A stretch of DNA of 63,848 nucleotides, counting the filler, from Octopus bimaculoides (lineage: Eukaryota): NCBI RefSeq assembly GCF_001194135.2. It is 5 parts of 4 records of this genome, joined end to end, with 100 filler letters (N's around TTAATTAATTAA, not from the genome) between each part and the next. Parts side by side here need not be neighbours in the genome. Positions count along the whole stretch, not along the records: positions 42,179 to 58,925 come from NC_068984.1; positions 59,026 to 63,848 come from NC_068995.1; 3 more parts are not named here. The stretch is one strand, 5' to 3'. Numbering within the stretch: the first letter of the stretch is position 1; the number at the start of each line of letters is the position of its first letter. Under the pieces are notes generated by a model. The model made no database searches. It was not told the DNA's origin and saw only the letters and a program-made list of their open reading frames with translations. Positions 50,441 through 63,848 of the stretch are shown piece after piece. The position numbers were made by a program, and so were the translations under genes.

Positions 50441-52256
50441 CACACACACACACACACATTTATGTATATTTGAGAGGCTTTTTTCAGTTTCCGTCTACCA
50501 ATTCCACTCACAAGGCTTTTGTCAGTTTGAGGCTAGAGAAGAAGCGACTTGTCCAAGGTAACACACAATGGGACTGAACCTAAAACCATGTGATTACGAA
50601 GCGAGCTTCTTACCACATAGCAACACCAACATCTACTGTATAAAAGAATGGAAAGATTTTGTGCAGTGTAGAACTATAACCAATTTATTGGAGCTAAATT
50701 TTAACAACAAAACCTTATATAGACCCCAACCACCAGGTCCATATGGCTCCCTTCCGCCAAGGTTATATGGACCCCCAAGGGCATTATGGACACTGGTTAA
50801 GAACCACTCGCCTAAACTGCCATTCCTCTAGAAGACTATAAGTTGCATTTTGATGCAGATTAAACATTTAGTTCTGCTTTTAATGTTTGTCTGGATTGTG
50901 TAGAAGTGATAGTGTTCTTCTTCTCATGGCGTAATAATAGTGTCCTTGTTGTGTAGTTGCATGTGGCTTTCTCTCTTTGAGTGTCGGTTTATATGTTGTG
51001 AAATTAGAATGTCTAACGGACAGAGTATGATTCAGTGATCTTTTAATAGTTGTCCAGTAACCAATCAATTGATCCACCCACACTGTCCAGTGTAAACATC
51101 TCCATATGTTAACAAAAAAAAAAAAATCAAAAAAATAACAAAGGAAAATTAAGTGATCAAATGTAAAGAAAGTATTATAATAAGAAATGCAACAACAACA
51201 ATAACAGAGAAACAATTGATGTAGACATCAACTTATTTTTATTTCACAGACACAATGGTTCCGTATTATATAAGAAAGCCAATACACACACACACACAAA
51301 CACAAACGTGCACACACACACATGAATGTGCATGTATGTATATGTTAATGTATTATATATATACATATATATATGTATATATANNNNNNNNNNNNNNNNN
51401 NNNNNNNNNNNNNNNNNNNNNNNNNNNNNNNNNNNNNNNNNNNNNNNNNNNNNNNNNNNNNNNNNNNNNNNNNNNNNNNNNNNNNNNNNNNNNNNNNNNN
51501 NNNNNNNNNNNNNNNNNNNNNNNNNNNNNNNNNNNNNNNNNNNNNNNNNNNNNNNNNNNNNNNNNNNNNNNNNNNNNNNNNNNNNNNNNNNNNNNNNNNN
51601 NNNNNNNNNNNNNNNNNNNNNNNNNNNNNNNNNNNNNNNNNNNNNNNNNNNNNNNNNNNNNNNNNNNNNNNNNNNNNNNNNNNNNNNNNNNNNNNNNNNN
51701 NNNNNNNNNNNNNNNNNNNNNNNNNNNNNNNNNNNNNNNNNNNNNNNNNNNNNNNNNNNNNNNNNNNNNNNNNNNNNNNNNNNNNNNNNNNNNNNNNNNN
51801 NNNNNNNNNNNNNNNNNNNNNNNNNNNNNNNNNNNNNNNNNNNNNNNNNNNNNNNNNNNNNNNNNNNNNNNNNNNNNNNNNNNNNNNNNNNNNNNNNNNN
51901 NNNNNNNNNNNNNNNNNNNNNNNNNNNNNNNNNNNNNNNNNNNNNNNNNNATATATATACACACATACATACGTATACATATATATATATGTATATATAT
52001 ATGTATATATATACATATATATATGTATATACATATACATATATATATGTATATATAAATATACATACATACATATATATATATATATACATGTATATAT
52101 ATATATGTATACACATATACATATGTACACATATATATATACATACATGTGTGTGAGTGTGTACATATTTTCATACACATGTTCATATATATACATGTGA
52201 TATATATATAGATACATACATATATGCATACAGACATATATACATGTATGCATATG

Positions 52257-52288
<32 letters not shown>

Positions 52289-52690
52289 TACATACACCTA
52301 CATATATGCAGATATAAACACATTTGCCTTAGTCTAGTAACATCTTTGATGTAGTGTAATACATATATACACAGTAAAAAAATTGTAACTACAACAATAA
52401 TGTGGACAACTAAGTAGATGATGACCAAGGCAGAAGTGATGATACTGGTCATGATGATGATGATGATGGCAACACTGATGATGATAAGAAGGTGGAGGAA
52501 GAGGATACAAGGAGTGACAGGGGTATTAGTGATGAAGATCAACACAGTATTACGATTGTTGTAAAACGATTATGATGATTCAGAAGAGAATGTAGAAACA
52601 TTAGTGATGAACTCAAAATGATCTGATCAAAAGAAAAGAAAGAAAATGGATGGGAGAAAAGCAACAGCAACAACAATAATAATAATAATG

Positions 52691-52738
<48 letters not shown>

Positions 52739-52739
52739 G

Positions 52740-53752
52740 AAACACCCGCAGAAAAAGCTAAGCGCTTGAAAACCCGTGCTAAAATTGCTGCCTTAGATAT
52801 TATGACTGAAAAATGGCATGGAAAACTTCTCAATGGCAAATACCCAAAGAGAGCGAATAATGCAGATATTAACAAAGCCCTTACCCAACAATGGTTAATG
52901 GCCTCTGGCTTGAAATCAGAAACAGAGGGGTTTATCATNNNNNNNNNNNNNNNNNNNNNNNNNNNNNNNNNNNNNNNNNNNNNNNNNNNNNNNNNNNNNN
53001 NNNNNNNNNNNNNNNNNNNNNNNNNNNNNNNNNNNNNNNNNNNNNNNNNNNNNNNNNNNNNNNNNNNNNNNNNNNNNNNNNNNNNNNNNNNNNNNNNNNN
53101 NNNNNNNNNNNNNNNNNNNNNNNNNNNNNNNNNNNNNNNNNNNNNNNNNNNNNNNNNNNNNNNNNNNNNNNNNNNNNNNNNNNNNNNNNNNNNNNNNNNN
53201 NNNNNNNNNNNNNNNNNNNNNNNNNNNNNNNNNNNNNNNNNNNNNNNNNNNNNNNNNNNNNNNNNNNNNNNNNNNNNNNNNNNNNNNNNNNNNNNNNNNN
53301 NNNNNNNNNNNNNNNNNNNNNNNNNNNNNNNNNNNNNNNNNNNNNNNNNNNNNNNNNNNNNNNNNNNNNNNNNNNNNNNNNNNNNNNNNNNNNNNNNNNN
53401 NNNNNNNNNNNNNNNNNNNNNNNNNNNNNNNNNNNNNNNNNNNNNNNNNNNNNNNNNNNNNNNNNNNNNNNNNNNNNNNNNNNNNNNNNNNNNNNNNNNN
53501 NNNNNNNNNNNNNNNNNNNNNNNNNNNNNNNNNNNNNNNNNNNNNNNNNNNNNNNNNNNNNNNNNNNNNNNNNNNNNAACACATAATTTTCTTATGGTTT
53601 CTTAAACATACACTTGAACAAAACTGTACAAATCCAAATATATGGTACCCTAGGCATAACACCTACATGAACTTCTAACCTGTTGTCTCTTGAGGTCTCT
53701 GGGTGAGACTTGGATCCAACTTGTACAAATGCAAAACAAAAGTCAAACATAA

Positions 53753-53755
<3 letters not shown>
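52740..53755 (+). mobile_element. R4/Dong-like RLE LINE, 5'-truncated, spanning a gap, embedded in (AAT)n
   Basis: KWHGKLLNGKYP...QWLMASGLKSETEGFI is typical of the R4-clade pre-zinc-knuckle region. A UTR-like sequence after the gap ends in (AAT)n, and (AAT)n also precedes the 5' end. Confidence 0.7.
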
Positions 53756-53809
<54 letters not shown>

Positions 53810-54038
53810 TAATAATAATCCTTTCTACTGAAGTCACAAGGCCTGAAATTTAGCAAGATGGCTAGTTAATTACATCGATCCAATGCATAACTGGTACTTA
53901 TTTCATTACCCCACCACCACCACCACCAAAAGGATGAAAGGCAAAGTCGACCTCGGTGGAACTTGAACACAGAACGTAAAGATGGGTGGAAGCATTTTAT
54001 TCGGCATGCAAAAAATTTTGCCAGCTTGCCACCTTAAA

Positions 54039-54079
<41 letters not shown>

Positions 54080-54254
54080 TAATAATAATAATTTCTATGG
54101 TAGGCACAAGGCCTGAAATATCTAGGGAGATAGAATAATCAGGAAAGTATTAGATAGTTGAGGCTGCAAGCAGCAAGCCTGCTTTGCATGCAAGACTCCA
54201 GGAGTAACAACAAAACCTGAAGTAAAAAGAACAAATAATAATAATAATAATAGA

Positions 54255-54310
<56 letters not shown>

Positions 54311-54354
54311 CAATGATGATGATGATGATGATGATAATAATAATAATCCTTTTT

Positions 54355-54560
54355 ACTACAGGCACAAGGCCTGAACTTTTGGGGGAGGGGACTAGTTGAT
54401 TACATCGACCCCAGTGTTTCACTGGTTCTTAATTTATTGACCCTGAAACGATGAAAGGCAAAGTCGACCTTGGCAGAATTTGAACTCAGAACGTAGCAGC
54501 ATATGAAATAACACTAAGCATTTTGCCAGACGTACAAAAGATTCTGCCAGCTCACCTTAG
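54355..54560 (-). mobile_element. Second SINE family (ggcgagctggcagaatc...gtcgactttgcctttcatc core)
   Basis: Copies at about 41090-41270, 42700-42880, 53820-54035 and 54355-54560, usually abutting (AAT)n. Confidence 0.75.
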
Positions 54561-54569
54561 TATTATTAC

Positions 54570-54594
54570 TATTATTATTATTATTGTTGCTGTT

Positions 54595-54653
<59 letters not shown>

Positions 54654-54706
54654 TAACAACAATAATAACAACAACAAGAACAACAACAACAACAACAATA
54701 ATAATG

Positions 54707-54764
<58 letters not shown>

Positions 54765-54804
54765 TAATAATAATGTGAAGAAGAAGAAGAAGAAGAAGAA
54801 GAAG

Positions 54805-54835
<31 letters not shown>
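54570..54835. repeat. (AAT)n/(AAC)n/(AAG)n trinucleotide tract
   Basis: Directly visible. It produces the poly-N, K, L and I ORFs in the track. Confidence 0.95.
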
Positions 54836-57800
54836 GCTAACACTAATTGCTTGCATTGTTGTTAGTCTTCCTGCTGGTGTTCATGCTGTTATTCTTGTTA
54901 TTATTATTATAATTGTTTGCTCTTGTTTTCATCCATTTGATTTTCCTTCTCTTTCATTTATTTATTTATTTTATTTTCAATATTCAATCTTCATCCCAAA
55001 ACACACATCAAATAAAAACATAAAGAAAACAAGATTGAAAAATAATGAAATAAAGCAAAAATCATCCCGAAAACAAGAAGTAAACAAACAAGTAAATGAA
55101 GGAGAAAAAAGAGAGAGAAAGAAAGAAAGAAAAAAATTCAAATTAAAAATAAATGGAAATGAAAGAAAGAATTAAAAAATAAAAATAAATGGAAATAAAA
55201 GAAAAAACAAATAGCGGAACATACAAACAAAAACAAAGGCAAAAAGGTCACTTTAATATTGTTTATTAGACCGAAAAATAGCCATCAAATCAAAGTGACT
55301 GCAAAGATAAGGCAGAGAAATCAATCTTGTCTATATAATAATTTGTAATTAAATTCCACGATGAGGTTGGACGTGAGGATTTTGATTCTCTCTAACCGAC
55401 TTTCTGGTTTATTTCTCTGTAACCGTATTTACAGTTGTCTTCTCTTTAATTATCTTTTGAATCTTTTCTCTAACCATCTTTCAAATCATTTCTGTAACCA
55501 TCTTTTTCATCCTTTCTCTAACCATCATCCAAACTAACTACTTAACAAATCTCCCTAACTACTTAACAAATCTCTCTGACCATTTTTTCTCGTCATCTTT
55601 CTCAAAATCTTTATTGCATTCTTTCTCTAAGCATCTTTCTCATATTTTTTAGCATTTAAACAATTTTCTCTCTAATCCCCCTTTTTTTAATTATCTGTCT
55701 AACTATCATCTCAAACATCCCACAAGCTATTTTTTTTTTATCATTTCACTATCATGTTAGAGATTCATCTCTCCAATCATCTGTCCAGACTTGTTTCTAA
55801 ACTTCTTTCAAATAATCTCTAACAGTCTCTCTAAAATTCTCTCTAACAATCTTTATAATCTTAACTATTGCCATTTCTTTAATTTTATATCAATATTTAG
55901 TAGATGTAGCAGGCTGGAATGAGATGTGCTGTGTGAATTCTATATGAAGTAGCCCACTACTGAATGTAGCATGTAGATGTAATGTTTCAAGTTTTTCATA
56001 TCGGAGTGACCAGTGAACATCGATGAATCAATACCAAAAAGGAAGAAATATTATTTACATTTGTTTATTCGTTTGCCCAACAGGTAGTTAAAGAGACGTT
56101 AGCAATTCTAGTGATAGTAACAATAAGGTTGGCTCGCTGGTTAGTAGTTGATGGTGTAGAAAAAGATTGTCTGTCAGTAGAGAGTGAAAGAGTAAGGAAT
56201 GTGTGGTGCTGACCAGAAAGGAAGAAAGATAGAGGTGGCATCATCTTTCTTGCAGCTGAAAGCCTCTCTTCACATGTTGAGCGAAGAGATAAGTGTTGCT
56301 CTTAAAAGCTAACACTTCCTTTTTCTAAGCTGAGATTCGAAGCTGAATCTAAGGACTCTCACTTGTCTGATCCACCACTGGCCAAACAAGCACGAAAGAA
56401 ATTTCCTTGTCCTGTCAAAAAGTGATGGATGGTTTTTCCCTTTGACCCACGACCTCAGCCGTATCATTTAAGGTTCAAGTGGACAGGAGGCGACCTACAT
56501 ATGTAGGAATTGCTCCTGAGGTATGTCTGTCCTTCTAGCTGTCATGACCATTATAAATGCAGGTAAACATACGACAAAAGCAGATAGCCAGAGGTGACAG
56601 AGCCATCACCAAGCGAACTGTCAAGAGACAACCTTGCGCCAGTTAAGCAGCCAACAGAGAGCCACATATTCACCATGATCGACCCAACACAGTAGCAGAT
56701 GTAGAACATAAACAGACACCACTGAATGACCAATGCACACACAGACACAAAACATGCCCGTTTCTACCTGATCATATCAACACAGTATTTACCCTGTTAT
56801 TTTCTTCTTCACCAACTTGAAGTTAGTTGGTAATGCAATGTAGTGAATTTTTTGGTGTATACAACAAGTAAATGCAAGTGTCATTTAAATAAATTATCTA
56901 AACTACAATCCAATGCTTTCTCATTGTTTTACTTTGATGTTGTCCACATTCCTATTTCAACAGCTACCTCAGCATCTTTCGCTACATCTTTCCCACTACA
57001 TAGGTATCTCTCCATTAAATTTTTTCTTATCTCATATACTTACTCAAATCTCTCAAACCTTTCCTGCTCGCTTTTAGATACTCTGCCTTGCTTAATTTTA
57101 GTCATCAATGCCCAGACCGCTGAAACCTTCCTTCTAAAATTCATCTTCTAAAATATTCAACCTTCTTTAAAATACTTCAACTTCCATCTCTAAAGTTCTA
57201 TCATATCTGTTTTTGTGGAAGCTTCTGTTCAAGTTTTTCATACCTCATTTTTAGCCTTTAATTTTCATCATTAACTTCCCTTTTACCATTTATCCTTAAA
57301 TTAATTTTCACTCTCTGCCCCAACCTCTCTCTTTATTGTCTTTTCTGTCTGATTTTCTTAGTCTGACTGCACAAGTCTTTATCATGAGCTTTTAACTATT
57401 TTCTCTCCTCTACCCAATCTATTTGTTACTTCTTTTGCTTGTATTCTCACTGTAAACTCATTTATTAGTTAGATATTAATTTAAAAAGTTATTTTCTAAC
57501 CAAACTCTATCGCACCATTTCCCCAGGACAGCAGGACTAACCTAAACATGATCTCTACCAGATTCCAGTTAAAGCAGTTATGAAATCATTACTCTTGAGC
57601 AACTATTTATTTATTTATTTATTTTTTTTTTGCTCAGAAGCCCAGGTGGATGGTAAAGTGAAATATAGGGGCTCAGATCCAAGAGGGTTAAATACGAGGG
57701 TACAAATTGTAGAACAGTTGGATCAGCCAATCATATGGCCCTCGGTATTTAACAAACATTTTAATTTATCATACCCTAGAAAATTGTGAGGCAAGAATGA

Positions 57801-58091
57801 CTTGACAAGATTTAGAACTAAGAAAGAAAAAAGACACAGTTAGAATAAAGGAGATACTTTGATTCTATCATAAACACAAAGACTACTCACCATGACACAG
57901 AGAATGTTTGAATACAATCAAATACTAAAGTATATAATTAATCCAATGTCAGCTTTAACATGGTTTCTATGGATGGATGCTCTTTCTAATGCTGACCATT
58001 TTATGGCATGTACCAGAAGCTTATTTCATGCCACCAGAATTAGTGAGGTCATCAAGAAAAGAGAAGAAAAAGATCCCTTCCTCAACACACA

Positions 58092-58146
<55 letters not shown>

Positions 58147-59785
58147 AATGTAAAACAAAAAAAAGACACCATTCAGATAATTCTTTGTGAGTACTTACAC
58201 ATACGCGTGTATACACACATATATATGTACATATGTACATGACCGGTTTAATTGCTTGTTTAAACTCCACGTGCTATATGGTCAAATTACCACAGCAGTC
58301 AATATAATGACGAAGTAAATATATAAATTTCTATAAGGATAAGAATGTTATTTAATTTTTTGAGGTTTATCGAGAAAATAAATTATGAAAAGCAATATGT
58401 TATTACCAGATAAACCAATAAGAAGGAAGCCTGACACAGGCCTTCACCTACTAGAAACAACAGCTAAATCTCCATCAAGCCACTTGTTACCTGGAAAGAA
58501 ATTAATTGATATTAAGGAGTAACATGTTGAATAATACATTTATAGACACTCCTACATAGACAGGAATGCCTTTGATTATAGAATTGCTTGATCATGTCTG
58601 ACCCGGGGCTATACTAAAATAACAACAACAACAACAACAACGATAACAACGAATAAAATAAAAATCATTTTGCCTTGGATAAAATTTTTTCAGAAAAAAA
58701 AAAAATCAAAACAATTTCAGATTTACTTCAATGCTTGTTAATGAAATTAAAGCCTTAATTCACAGAATTAAAAAAAAAATATTAATTAATAAAATTGTGA
58801 TGTTTTATCACTCTTAATTATTTTTCTATATTATATTCAGCACATACATAACTACACAAAATAGAAAATTAAGGTAATTTCTTTAGAATATCCCGTTTCC
58901 AGGGTTACATGCTAGTTTTATTTCANNNNNNNNNNNNNNNNNNNNNNNNNNNNNNNNNNNNNNNNNNNNTTAATTAATTAANNNNNNNNNNNNNNNNNNN
59001 NNNNNNNNNNNNNNNNNNNNNNNNNTATATATATATATATATATGCATACACACTCGTACATAGACACATATACACGCTCATACATTATGTGCACATACA
59101 TATATACATACATACATGCATACAGACAGACAGACAGACAGACATCGATACATGAATACGTATAGTGCTAGAGACATATAGAGGATTAGAAAGAGGGGAG
59201 AGAGGGGGAAAAGACAGAGGAAGGCGGAGAAAGGGAGAGGAAGAGGGAGTGTGATAGAAACAGAGAAATTGAGTGAGAAAGAGAGGGAGAGAGAGAGTGA
59301 GGGACAGAGTGAAATAGAAAGATGGTGAGGGGACAGAGTGAGAGACTAAGAAGAGAAGGTGAGCAAGTGAAAGAGACGGCGAAGAAGATCAACAGATAGC
59401 CTATACCTGCTACGAACAGATGTCACATTACTTCCAACCTTAATATATTTGAGAATTTTGTACCGAGCACCTCACCCCTGCATACGCCTGTCCACTCGCC
59501 ATCCCACCCACTTCTAAAGCCTAGCTGTTGGATGTTTGCTGACTCCAGTTATGCTTTGTGAGGGCTGAGAAGAGATAACGCTCGCTCCACTCTTTCCACC
59601 CTTAATTACACCCATTTACGTAACATCTATTATTTTTATATATATCTGACACACATGTATGTGTACGCATATATATATGTATGTGTGTATGTGTGTGCAT
59701 GTGCGTGTGCATGTCTGTGTGTGTGTCTGTGTGTGTACATATATACAAACTCAAAGAACGCAAATATACATATATGGATATATAC

Positions 59786-59845
<60 letters not shown>

Positions 59846-61933
59846 TTAGCTAGCTAGCTAGCTAGCTATCTATTGATCTATATATGTATATATATATCTT
59901 TCTATCTATGTGCGTGTATATAATACATACATACATATATATATGTGTATATNNNNNNNNNNNNNNNNNNNNNNNNNNNNNNNNNNNNNNNNNNNNNNNN
60001 NNNNNNNNNNNNNNNNNNNNNNNNNNNNNNNNNNNNNNNNNNNNNNNNNNNNNNNNNNNNNNNNNNNNNNNNNNNNNNNNNNNNNNNNNNNNNNNNNNNN
60101 NNNNNNNNNNNNNNNNNNNNNNNNNNNNNNNNNNNNNNNNNNNNNNNNNNNNNNNNNNNNNNNNNNNNNNNNNNNNNNNNNNNNNNNNNNNNNNNNNNNN
60201 NNNNNNNNNNNNNNNNNNTATATATATATATATATATATCTTCTTTTATCTTCTGTTACTTGTTTCAGCCATTTGACTGCGGCCATGCTGTGGCTCCGCT
60301 TTGAGGGGTTTGGGTCGAACAAATCGACCCTGGGACTTATTATTTTTTAAACCTAGTACTCATTCTATCATTCTCTTTTGCCAAACCACTAAGTTACCAT
60401 CACTGGTCAGTGGCGGCCCGTGTATAGGAACTGCGGAACTGCAGCACCCCCTATTTCCACTCGATATTATAGATAACATTCAATATAATGAGTCCTTTGT
60501 TTCTTTAATTTTTTCTTTATACTTGTACGTTATATAATCCTTAAGCTTAATGTCAGTAGCCATCCCCCAATCTATGAAAAAAAATACAAAATCCTTGTAT
60601 AGAACTGCTTCACAGTTCCAGCGACGCGGTGTTTGACTGTTGTGCGCATGCTCACGTGTCCGTGATAGGAAGCTTCACACTAAGGAGAGAGGGAACTGCG
60701 TGAACGACAGTGCCGGGTGAAAGGTAGTGTTTCTTTTTGACTCCGCGTGTGTTGTGCTGAAAAACGTGTTTATATTCTTGAGTGAGATAAAGTGTAGAAT
60801 TAGATTATTATCCTGCTTCCAGTTACAGTGTTGGTGCCAGGATTTGAAAAATAGCGCGCATTTTGTGATTTAGGGGGAATTTTTGAAAAACAAGGGGCAA
60901 TTCGCAGCGGTGTTCAGTGAGCAAACTAAACACACTACCCAGCAGTGGCTAAAATGCGATCCGATCGAGTTTATGAATAATTTTTTTTTTATATGTTTGT
61001 TTCCTTTTACACAATATTAAAACAACGGCCAAGATTTTTCTGAAGCAGCACCCCCACTAATTTTATTTACGAACCGCCACTGACCAGTTGTCAAGTGGTG
61101 ATGAATGGACGAACATAAACACAAAGACACACATATACATGCGCGCGCGCACACACACATATGTGTGTGTGTATNNNNNNNNNNNNNNNNNNNNNNNNNN
61201 NNNNNNNNNNNNNNNNNNNNNNNNNNNNNNNNNNNNNNNNNNNNNNNNNNNNNNNNNNNNNNNNNNNNNNNNNNNNNNNNNNNNNNNNNNNNNNNNNNNN
61301 NNNNNNNNNNNNNNNNNNNNNNNNNNNNNNNNNNNNNNNNNNNNNNNNNNNNNNNNNNNNNNNNNNNNNNNNNNNNNNNNNNNNNNNNNNNNNNNNNNNN
61401 NNNNNNNNNNNNNNNNNNNNNNNNNNNNNNNNNNNNNNNNNNNNNNNNNNNNNNNNNNNNNNNNNNNNNNNNNNNNNNNNNNNNNNNNNNNNNNNNNNNN
61501 NNNNNNNNNNNNNNNNNNNNNNNNNNNNNNNNNNNNNNNNNNNNNNNNNNNNNNNNNNNNNNNNNNNNNNNNNNNNNNNNNNNNNNNNNNNNNNNNNNNN
61601 NNNNNNNNNNNNNNNNNNNNNNNNNNNNNNNNNNNNNNNNNNNNNNNNNNNNNNNNNNNNNNNNNNNNNNNNNNNNNNNNNNNNNNNNNNNNNNNNNNNN
61701 NNNNNNNNNNNNNNNNNNNNNNNNNNNNNNNNNNNNNNNNNNNNNNNNNNNNNNNNNNNNNNNNNNNNNNNNNNNNNNNNNNNNNNNNNNNNNNNNNNNN
61801 NNNNNNNNNNNNNNNNNNNNNNNNNNNNNNNNNNNNNNNNNNNNNNNNNNNNNNNNNNNNNNNNNNNNNNNNNNNNNNNNNNNNNNNNNNNNNNNNNNNN
61901 NNNNNNNNNNNNNNNNNNNNNNNNNNNNNNNNN

Positions 61934-61967
<34 letters not shown>

Positions 61968-62383
61968 GCTTATGCTTCCGTCTGTTTGCGTATGTGCTTG
62001 TGTGTAATCTCGCAAACGTATAAACATACACCCACACAAACCTTCTGATATTTATTCTAAGATTTTGGAAACCAGAGCAACGGAAGTGTTGATGTCTTTT
62101 TTTATGTTTGTATATTGTTCTTCTTAAGACTTATGCTTTTTTTCTGTTTTTTAATTTCCTTTAATGTTACTTTTCGTTGCATAAACTTCCTCTCTCACAC
62201 GTACATTAAATCCGTTGTTTTAAGGCACAATATATTATGTACTTTTTCAATTAATATTCATTTCATGATATATTTTGTTCAGTTCATTCACCGCTTCTGA
62301 ATATACGTATTAGCCAAGTATAAACAATAATAGATTTGCAATAGATAAAACACATACATACATACATACATACATACATACAT

Positions 62384-62416
<33 letters not shown>

Positions 62417-62497
62417 TACATACATACATATATACATACATACATACATATACACACACATACACATACATACATACATATATGCATGCATACATAT

Positions 62498-62528
<31 letters not shown>

Positions 62529-62554
62529 CATACATACATACATACATACATACA

Positions 62555-62588
<34 letters not shown>

Positions 62589-62603
62589 CACACATACATA
62601 TAC

Positions 62604-63710
62604 TTTTCCATGCAAGGGTGGTGGTCATGGTCTCAACTCTGTATTGATGCCATGTGAAGCACGTACTGAGACACTGAAACAACATCTGCAGTAGAAGAAA
62701 GAGACCAATAACTATCTTGGCCACGTCTGTGACCGAGGAACCAACAGCATGATTAAGATAGCTAACGAATTTGAACGAAGGCATCAAGTAAGAGCTGATA
62801 CAAATCTCTTCCCGAGAAGCATTCGTAAAATATATTTATCAAAAGAATAGAATAAGAAAAATAGTAGACCAATTGACTGAGAAGATAGTAGCCGGGGACT
62901 TGACATGAAAAACCGAAGCCATAGAAGGGACTGACCGTGTCAAAAGATTGGCATGCAGTGCTAACCCGTTTATGACATTTCACTTCGAAAGCACTTCCTT
63001 GCAATTCAAGAACGAGATATCTCTACAAAGTGCCTGCAGCATAAAAGGCAGAAAACCTTGACTGACAACAAATGTAGGTTGTACAAGACCAAGACTGAAG
63101 ATCAACCACATTATTGCCAACTGCGAGGGAATAATTTGGCATGAGGCATAATGCGGTCGACAGAACAGTCTAGAAAAGGTTAACAAGAAAGAAAACACCT
63201 ACAGACGAAGTTGACTGTATTGAGACCAATAGATCAAAGCAGCTTAAAAATTAAAACAGCCACCAAGTTACAATACAGCAGGCCAGATAATTGTTGTGTG
63301 GGATCACAAGGAAAAAGAAACGTTCTGTTGTGAAAAGCAAGTGCCTTCTGGACACCAATGTGGTTAGAAAATACAAGTGAAAAAAAGGACATCTATGGGC
63401 CATTGATAAGGAGATTGCAAAACCAATACCCAAGATACACTTTCAGCTTCATGCCTATTATATTCAAAGCAACAGGATACGTACCAACCCGCTTGAAGCA
63501 ATCGCTGAATTTGGGTTCTTGGCTTCTTGGAGAGAGAATGCAAATCCTTAATACATTACAGATGGTAACGACATTTGGGACCAAAAATTCTGCAAGACCA
63601 TCTCATGATTTAAAGGAAGATAAACAAAACAAGATGTTTTCCTTCATAATCTTGCTACCAAGCAGGTGTCCTGTCAAAATTTATTCCAAACTAAGAAGGA
63701 AAAGAGAAAT
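62604..63710 (+). mobile_element. R4/Dong-like RLE LINE fragment, decayed
   Basis: LAIQERDISTK...KCRLYKTKTED.NHIIANC (zinc knuckle), RPD.IVVWDH (PD-D/ExK nuclease) and KKDIYGPLIRRLQNQYPRYTFSFMPII. Confidence 0.8.
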
Positions 63711-63848
63711 ATACATACATACATACATACATACATACACACACACATACATACATACATACATACATACATACATACATACATAAATACATACATACAT
63801 ACATACATATATGACGACTGCTCCATCTTGACAGACGATAGCCATCCC

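Noticed and set aside
55900-57450. Possible CR1/L2-like LINE remnant on the minus strand
   Set aside because: Too decayed to recover diagnostic motifs by eye, so it was not listed as a feature.

Overview
This is gappy (about 10% N), microsatellite-saturated eukaryotic DNA. The SINE/RTE/microsatellite landscape looks like an Octopus draft scaffold (inference). Almost all ORFs in the supplied track are microsatellite or gap artefacts. The only host gene I can support is nucleoporin NUP205 on the + strand, with two recognisable coding exons (26285-26456, 32117-32335); its other exons are not visible. The rest is transposon debris: RTE LINE fragments, R4/Dong-like RLE LINEs, pogo/Tigger DNA transposons, a Ty3/Gypsy pol fragment, a possible KDZ/HMGXB3-like transposase, a Helitron-like tandem repeat and several SINE families. 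The most striking structure lies at about 8.6-24 kb, upstream of the first NUP205 exon seen. It holds two divergent, similarly 5'-truncated Penelope-like retroelements (RT plus C-terminal GIY-YIG, Naiad-like) and at least eight type I hammerhead ribozyme (HHR) motifs from several sequence families. These occur in direct, inverted and foldback pLTR arrangements. Two have intact cores and unusually long stem II arms, and one of those is on the NUP205 sense strand.
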